DNA from: a bacterium
GTDB lineage: Bacteria > UBA8248 > JACPRG01 > G963555815
Direction of reading: 5' to 3'
Assembly: GCA_965261595.1 (NCBI GenBank)
Contig: CBDHDG010000001.1
Span: forward strand, 32,001-96,000
Length of the DNA stretch: 64,000 bases
Shown in pieces: positions 58,215 to 64,000 of this stretch. Every line of letters starts with the position of its first letter. Positions within the stretch are counted from its first letter, which is position 1. Under the pieces are notes generated by a model that saw only the letters and a program-made list of their open reading frames with translations, did no database searches and was not told the origin of the DNA. The position numbers were made by a program, and so were the translations under genes.

Positions 58215-59579
58215 ATGAACTTGAAGACACTCGGATGCCTCGCACTGTCCTGCATCCTCGTCGCGCCCTGGGCCGCGGCGGCGGAAACGGTCGAGATCAT
58301 CGTCTGGGCCCCGGCCGACCGGAATGAGCGATACCGCTACGAGGGCGTCGTCCTGGCCGCGAAGATCCTCAACGAGGAGCTCAAGATTGAGGGCCGCTCC
58401 ACCCGCGTGACTGTCCGGGCCCAGGCCTTCTCGGGCGCGCAGACCTGGCAGAAATTGAAGCAGGGATTCTCCCTCGCGGTCGAGGCCGGCCGGGGACCGC
58501 ACATCATCGTCGGCGGCCACGAGGACATTGCGGTCTGGGGACGCGCCGGCATCATCCAACCCATCGAAGACCTCGTCGATCTCGAACAATGGCCCCTGAG
58601 CAACGTGCACCCGAACCTCTGGCCGATGATGTCTTATGACGGCCGGGTCTGGGGCGTTCCGCAGGACGCGGAAATCCGGTCGTTCTTCGGCTGGATTCCT
58701 CACCTGAAGGCCATCGGATATTCCGACGCGGACATCCAGGCCCTCCCCCAAAGGATACGCGACGGCGAATACACCCTGCGAAACGTCCTGGAGGACGCGA
58801 AGAAGATCCAGGACGCCGGGCGCGTCGAAAAAGGATACGGCTTCTATCCCCGCCCCTCGAAGGGGAGCGATTTCTGGCAGTTCTACCTGGCGAGCGGCGG
58901 CGCGATGATGGACCCGAAGAGCGGGAAGCTGGTCCTGGACAAGGCCGCCCTGCTGAAATATTACCGGTTCTTTCACGAGGCGGTCTTCAAGTACGGCGTC
59001 ACCAAGAAAAACCACCTGGGCATGGAATGGGACCAGTGGTACAAGGAGGTCGCAACCGGCAAGGCCGGCCTCTGGCACGGCGGCTCGTGGCATTACGCGC
59101 GCTACACCCGCAAGGAGGGGCTGGACGACTTCTTCGGCAAGGTGACATACGGGTTGATCCCTTCCGGTGGGCCGGCCTCCGGCGGGCCGGGAGGAAGGGC
59201 GGTCACGCTCACCCATCCGCTGGTCTACCTGGTCTCGAAGCGGGCCCGGGGGGTGGAGGCGGAGATGGCCGGACGGCTGATCACCATCGTCTCCGAACCG
59301 CGACTGAACACCCTGCACGCGATTGCCTCGGCCCATCTCGGGATCACGCGCTCCCAGGAGAAGGTCGCGCTCTACGCCGATGATCGGTGGACGATCGAGA
59401 TGACGAAACTGCTGAAGGGCGCAGTCGCCCTGCCCAACAACGTCCATTTCGGCCGGTACGATCAAATCGTCTGGCGGGGCCTGACCGCATCGTGGAGCGG
59501 CGTCCCGCCCCTGGAGGCGGTGAACACCGTGGTCAAGGAAATCCGGGCCGTTATGGGGGACAAGGTCATCATCCGTTAG
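58215..59579 (+). CDS. Carbohydrate-type ABC transporter substrate-binding protein
   Basis: Signal peptide ending AAA; GRGPHI, YDGRVWGVPQDAE motifs; upstream of the permeases. Confidence 0.88.
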   Translation: MNLKTLGCLALSCILVAPWAAAAETVEIIVWAPADRNERYRYEGVVLAAKILNEELKIEGRSTRVTVRAQAFSGAQTWQKLKQGFSLAVEAGRGPHIIVGGHEDIAVWGRAGIIQPIEDLVDLEQWPLSNVHPNLWPMMSYDGRVWGVPQDAEIRSFFGWIPHLKAIGYSDADIQALPQRIRDGEYTLRNVLEDAKKIQDAGRVEKGYGFYPRPSKGSDFWQFYLASGGAMMDPKSGKLVLDKAALLKYYRFFHEAVFKYGVTKKNHLGMEWDQWYKEVATGKAGLWHGGSWHYARYTRKEGLDDFFGKVTYGLIPSGGPASGGPGGRAVTLTHPLVYLVSKRARGVEAEMAGRLITIVSEPRLNTLHAIASAHLGITRSQEKVALYADDRWTIEMTKLLKGAVALPNNVHFGRYDQIVWRGLTASWSGVPPLEAVNTVVKEIRAVMGDKVIIR

Positions 59580-59634
59580 GATTTCCCGTCCACCGGGGGG
59601 CGCGCCGCTCGCGTCCAGGAAGCAGGAATGCCCG

Positions 59635-60942
59635 ATGTTGAAACCCCAGAGCCGGCTGCTTTTCGGGTTCCTCTTCCCGGCGGGCCTTGCCGTCACCCTC
59701 TTTTATCTCATCCCGGCCATCCTGACGTTTCTGTTCAGCTTCACGAACATGGGATCCGAAACCGGCATTCTCGGGAAGCGGTACATCCTCTCGGGGGAGA
59801 CCCTCCGCCGACTCGAGGCGGCGGACTTCAACGCGGAGGCCGTCCGCAAGCTCGCCCGCACTGTTTTCGAATTCGACGACAGGGGCCTGGAAGCGTTACA
59901 GGCGTCGGGTCTCGATCCGGGCACGCTGCGGGAAATTCGGCGGAAGTTTTCCGGGAAAACCTATCGCTCGGAAAGGAGGCTGCTCTCCGATCTCAAGAGG
60001 CTCGAGAACCGTCCGCGTTCTCACATGGAACGAAAGAAAATATCCAAGGCCGTCGCCCGAACGATCAAGAACACGGCGTTCTCTTCCGCCGATGAGCTCC
60101 GGGCTGCCTTGCTCGGTCTCGGCATTGAATTGAGCGGGAAAGATTTCAGGACCCTGCTGGACCTCGCCAATACAAGCTGGAAATGGACGCTCGGCAACTA
60201 CAAGGAGCTTTTCGCCAGCCAGTTTTCGGCGCGGATTTTGATGAACACGCTGTTCTACGTTTTCTCGACGCTTCTCCTGTTCAACACCGGCCTCGCGCTT
60301 CTTCTGGCATTACTGACCTTCTACATCCCGCCGGGACAATCGAAATTCTTCCGGGCCATTTGGCTCATCCCCCGGATCAGCCCGTCCGTCCTCTACATCC
60401 TGGTGTGGAAATGGTTCACTTACGATAAGGGTTTCATCAGCCATTTCCTCGAACCCATGGGAGTCGGCGGCGCCAACTGGCTGATGGAATTTCCCTGGAC
60501 CTTCATCATTTTCATCAACGGATTCGTGGGCGCGAGCATGGGGCTGATCATATTTTCCAGCGCCATGCAGGCCATTCCCAGGTCCATCCTCCACGCGGCC
60601 GAGGTGGACGGGGCCTATCCGCTTCAGCAGGCCTTTCGGATCGTCCTCCCGCTGATGCGCTGGCCGATCCTGTTCATCACCAGCTACCAGACGCTGAGCC
60701 TCCTGACCTCGTGGGAATACATCCAGTTGACCACCGACGGGGGGCCGGGATTTTTCACGACCGAGGTCTGGGCGCTGCACGCTTATCATACGGCGCTGTC
60801 CAACTACTTCGGCAGCCTCCGGTACGGCTACGGCTCGACGCTGGCGGTGGTCCTGGTGTTGGTCGGCGTCGGCCTGGGGCTCGTCTATCTGCGTTTGTTC
60901 AACTTCAAGACGCTTCTTTCCGACCCGCCGATAGAGAACTGA
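59635..60942 (+). CDS. ABC transporter permease with a large soluble insertion
   Basis: AAEVDGA (EAA motif), TTDGGPG, multiple TM segments. Confidence 0.9.
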   Translation: MLKPQSRLLFGFLFPAGLAVTLFYLIPAILTFLFSFTNMGSETGILGKRYILSGETLRRLEAADFNAEAVRKLARTVFEFDDRGLEALQASGLDPGTLREIRRKFSGKTYRSERRLLSDLKRLENRPRSHMERKKISKAVARTIKNTAFSSADELRAALLGLGIELSGKDFRTLLDLANTSWKWTLGNYKELFASQFSARILMNTLFYVFSTLLLFNTGLALLLALLTFYIPPGQSKFFRAIWLIPRISPSVLYILVWKWFTYDKGFISHFLEPMGVGGANWLMEFPWTFIIFINGFVGASMGLIIFSSAMQAIPRSILHAAEVDGAYPLQQAFRIVLPLMRWPILFITSYQTLSLLTSWEYIQLTTDGGPGFFTTEVWALHAYHTALSNYFGSLRYGYGSTLAVVLVLVGVGLGLVYLRLFNFKTLLSDPPIEN

Positions 60943-60944
60943 CG

Positions 60945-61769
60945 ATGAACCACGCGAAAAAACACCGGGGAGCGACCGTCTTCCTGGCACTTATCTCCCT
61001 GCCCATCATGATCATGTACGTCTGGTTGTTCGTGGACAGCGTCACCTTGACCGAAGACGGCGGCATCTGGCCCTCGGCGTTGACGCTGAAAAACTGGCGT
61101 TTCCTCTATCAGACCCTCGAAGGCCATGCCTCGATCTGGCCCGTCGCGCTGAACACCCTGATCTTCGCGTGCAGCGTCGTCGCGATCGTCGTCAGCCTTT
61201 CCGCCACGGCCGGGTACGCCCTCTCCCGCCTGAAGTGGCGCTTTCGCGGTCCCGTCCTCGGCGGCGTTCTTCTCCTTCACGCCTTTCCGAGCATCACCCT
61301 CATCATCGCCATCTTCGTCATGCTCCAGGCCCTCCATCTCTACAACACGCTGATCGGCGTGATCCTCGTCAAGGCCTCCCTGGAATTGCCGCTGGGGATC
61401 TGGGTCATGAAGGGGTTTTACGATTCGGTCCCCTGGGAGATCGAGATGGCCGGCCTCCAGGACGGCGCCAGCCGTTTCCAGGTTTGGCGAAAGCTCATCC
61501 TGCCGCAGATTCGGCCCGGCATCGCCGCCTTATCGATCTTTTCCTTCATCGCCGGCTGGAGTGAATACGTCCTGCCCCTGATCCTCGCGCCGAGCGCCGG
61601 CGTTCAAACCCTCTCCGTTTATCTCGCGGGCCTGTTGCAGGACAATTACCTGTCCGACTTCGGCCTGTTCAAAGCGGTCGGGATTTTCTACATCGCCCCG
61701 GTCCTGATCTTCTATCTGTTCACGCAGGAAAAACTCATGCACATCTACGCCGGAGGGACGAAAGGCTGA
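60945..61769 (+). CDS. ABC transporter permease
   Basis: AGYALSR, EIEMAGLQDGASR, LPQIRPG motifs. Confidence 0.92.
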   Translation: MNHAKKHRGATVFLALISLPIMIMYVWLFVDSVTLTEDGGIWPSALTLKNWRFLYQTLEGHASIWPVALNTLIFACSVVAIVVSLSATAGYALSRLKWRFRGPVLGGVLLLHAFPSITLIIAIFVMLQALHLYNTLIGVILVKASLELPLGIWVMKGFYDSVPWEIEMAGLQDGASRFQVWRKLILPQIRPGIAALSIFSFIAGWSEYVLPLILAPSAGVQTLSVYLAGLLQDNYLSDFGLFKAVGIFYIAPVLIFYLFTQEKLMHIYAGGTKG

Positions 61770-62848
61770 TGCGCATTCTCCTGGAAGGCGTCTCCAAATC
61801 CTTCGGCGCGACGCCCGTCATCGAAAACCTGGACCTGGAGGTGCGCGACGGGGAAATGATGGCCCTGCTGGGTCCCTCGGGCTGCGGCAAGACGACGACC
61901 CTCCTGTCCATCTGCGGCATCCACCGGATCTCGGCGGGCCGAATCCTGTTCGGCGAGCGCGAGGTCGGCGATTGGCCGCCCCAACGGCGCAACGTGGGCG
62001 TCGTCTTTCAGAACTACGCCCTCTACCCGCATCTCACGGTCTATGAAAACATCGCCTTCCCTTTGCGCGTCCGAAAGGAAAGCCACCGGGAGATCGACGC
62101 GAAGATCACCGGCATCGTTTCCATCCTGCGGGTCGGCGAGCTCCTGGACCGCCGCCCCGCCCAGCTCTCCGGCGGCCAGCAGCAGCGCGTCGCCCTGGCG
62201 CGCGCCCTGGTTCGGAACCCCGATGTTCTGCTAATGGATGAGCCCCTCGTCAATCTCGACGCCGGCCTTCGTCTCGATATGCGGAGCGAGATCCGGCGGA
62301 TCCAGCGGGAGACGGGGATCACCGCGATTCTGGTGACGCACGATCAAGCCGAGGCCATGAGCATGTGCGACCGGATCGCGTTGATGCATGAGGGGAAGAT
62401 CCAGCAAGAGGACGCGCCCAAAGAAATGTACGAGCGGCCGGTGAACGTGTTCGTCGCGGGTTTCCTCGGCTCTCCCCCCATCTCTTTTTACGAGGGAAAG
62501 ATCGCGGAAGGCCGCTTCGAGGGGCGGGGGGGGAGGGGGGGGGGCTCGATAAGCTTCGAATTGTCCGATCCCATCCGCCGCGCCGCCGGGGTTTCGGAAC
62601 AGAAAGCGACCCTCGGCATACGGCCCGAAAACTTCCAACCCGGGTTCGGCCTGACGGTCGAAGGCGAAGTCGCTGTCGTCGAGCCGGCGGGCCGTGAAAC
62701 GGTTTTCAGCGTCAGGCTCGGGGACGGACAAACCCTGCGCTCAATCCAGAACGGCAGCCCGAGCGTCCATCCCGGCGACAGGGTCCATTGGGGGATCGAA
62801 AGAGAGGCCCTCTTGTTTTTCGATGATCGGGGCCGCCGGATCGGTTAG
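61769..62848 (+). CDS. ABC transporter ATP-binding protein (MalK-like)
   Basis: GPSGCGKT, FQNYALYPH, LSGGQQQR, MDEP, VTHDQ motifs. Confidence 0.95.
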   Translation: MRILLEGVSKSFGATPVIENLDLEVRDGEMMALLGPSGCGKTTTLLSICGIHRISAGRILFGEREVGDWPPQRRNVGVVFQNYALYPHLTVYENIAFPLRVRKESHREIDAKITGIVSILRVGELLDRRPAQLSGGQQQRVALARALVRNPDVLLMDEPLVNLDAGLRLDMRSEIRRIQRETGITAILVTHDQAEAMSMCDRIALMHEGKIQQEDAPKEMYERPVNVFVAGFLGSPPISFYEGKIAEGRFEGRGGRGGGSISFELSDPIRRAAGVSEQKATLGIRPENFQPGFGLTVEGEVAVVEPAGRETVFSVRLGDGQTLRSIQNGSPSVHPGDRVHWGIEREALLFFDDRGRRIG

Positions 62849-62919
62849 TGAGGATGGCATAAATAATGTCCTACACATAGCGGCTCACCAAAGTATCCGG
62901 AGGATTCCCTCACACCTCT

Positions 62920-62994
62920 GGGGCGGGTGCGGAGCCCCGCCCCTACACGCAATTCTGCAATAGACATGTAGAGGCCGGGCTCTGTGCCGGCCTC
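62920..62994. repeat. GTAG-type REP doublet
   Basis: GGGGCGGGTGCGGAGCCCCGCCCCTACA (62920-62947) and TGTAGAGGCCGGGCTCTGTGCCGGCCTC (62967-62994). Confidence 0.72.
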
Positions 62995-63029
62995 TTCTCG
63001 GCAGACGCAGATAGCCAATAATAATAAAA

Positions 63030-63929
63030 GGGGATTATAAAGGTTTTGACACTAATTGAGTGAGATGTTGGACCACCAGGGGAAAGAGATCCTGGTGTCG
63101 GTGATTGTAACGGAATTCCATCTCCTTCAGGTAGAGGGGGAACCGCTCTTTGGACACCCCATGATGTTTGATGAGCCTCTCCTTGGCGTAGGCCCAAAAG
63201 CCTTCCAGGCCGTTGATGTGCACTTTGCCCCGACTGAAGCGCCGATCATGATCCACCCGCAAGTGGCGATAGCCGCAGAACATCAGGGCGTCATAGACCC
63301 GGTAGCGGTCGGTGTAGACCACGCTGCCCCGACGGACCAACTTCACGGTGGAGGCCAAAAGGGTCTGGGCCTTGACGTTGCCGACCGCCTCCACCTTCAC
63401 CCGGCCGCCCCGCTCCAATATGCCGAAAACAGGGACTTTACCCGCTGCGCCTCGGCCTCTCTTGCCCTTGCGCTTGCCCCCGAAGTAGGCCTCGTCCGCC
63501 TCCACCTCCCCTCGAAGAAGCTCCTGTCCCCCCGGCGTGCCGGCCACAAGACTGCGCCTGAGCGTCGTCACGGCCCGCAGCGCTGTCGGATAGCTCACGG
63601 CGAGTTGCTGGGCCATCTTGCGGGCCGAGACCTCCAGCTCAAAGAGCTTCACCACCCAAAGCCACTGCCGGGCCGAGAGGCGAAGTTGGCCCAGCCAGCG
63701 GCCCGTGAACGGCCCGAAGGTGTACCGACACCCAGCGCAGCGAAAGCGCCCCCGCGTGCCCAAAACGTAGCGTTTTCGACCCTCACAACGAGGGCAGATT
63801 TTACGCCCGTTTTTCTGACACGCCATGAGCAGATGGCGTCTCGCTGTAGCTTCCGATTTTACAAGGACTTCAAAGCTCTTCAGGTCCACGACACCAGCCT
63901 AATCCGGTGTCATATCTTTTACAATCGCC
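63030..63929 (-). mobile_element. IS1595-family insertion sequence, copy B (900 bp), with 8-bp target duplication TAATAAAA
   Basis: Same IRs as copy A; TAATAAAA at 63022-63029 and 63930-63937. Confidence 0.95.
63035..63889 (-). CDS. IS1595-family transposase
   Basis: Protein identical to 24788-25642. Confidence 0.94.
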   Translation of the reverse strand: MDLKSFEVLVKSEATARRHLLMACQKNGRKICPRCEGRKRYVLGTRGRFRCAGCRYTFGPFTGRWLGQLRLSARQWLWVVKLFELEVSARKMAQQLAVSYPTALRAVTTLRRSLVAGTPGGQELLRGEVEADEAYFGGKRKGKRGRGAAGKVPVFGILERGGRVKVEAVGNVKAQTLLASTVKLVRRGSVVYTDRYRVYDALMFCGYRHLRVDHDRRFSRGKVHINGLEGFWAYAKERLIKHHGVSKERFPLYLKEMEFRYNHRHQDLFPLVVQHLTQLVSKPL

Positions 63930-64000
63930 TAATAAAAAGATCAATAGCCGGGATTCCCCGAAAAAAGCCCCTTCGGGTCACGAAAGCTTCGCCGCGAGCC

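Overview
A GC-rich bacterial chromosomal segment. Its gene content resembles a deltaproteobacterial/Nitrospinota-type organism (inference only). The left and middle parts (1-40 kb) are mostly housekeeping: 2-oxoacid dehydrogenase E1 alpha/beta, pepA, ubiX, hflX, ribF, tolC-ruvX-mltG, DUF502-RomR-like regulator-valS-ExeA-birA-coaX, a second IS-split ExeA ATPase plus an HD-GYP protein, and the priA/def-fmt-rsmB-PASTA-rpe-ffh-rpsP-khpA-rimM-trmD-rplS-rnhB-yraN block. The right part (40.6-62.8 kb) is a catabolic neighbourhood of SDRs, a deaminase, a creatininase-family enzyme, two cyclic amidohydrolases, a three-subunit xanthine-dehydrogenase-family molybdoenzyme, an Ntn hydrolase and a carbohydrate-type ABC transporter. 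It is interrupted by a ~5 kb scar of mobile DNA carrying an OFA-family MFS transporter. Mobile DNA: two near-identical 1405-bp IS3-family copies (inverted), two 900-bp IS1595-family copies (direct), an integrase-core remnant and several short palindromic repeat families. The most interesting observation is a stand-alone NYN/LabA (PIN-fold) RNase gene preceded by its own sigma70 promoter and a highly structured, terminator-ending ~110-nt leader RNA, an architecture reminiscent of type III (RNA antitoxin) toxin-antitoxin loci. An IS3 copy has landed exactly in that gene's stop codon. No rRNA, tRNA or CRISPR array was seen.
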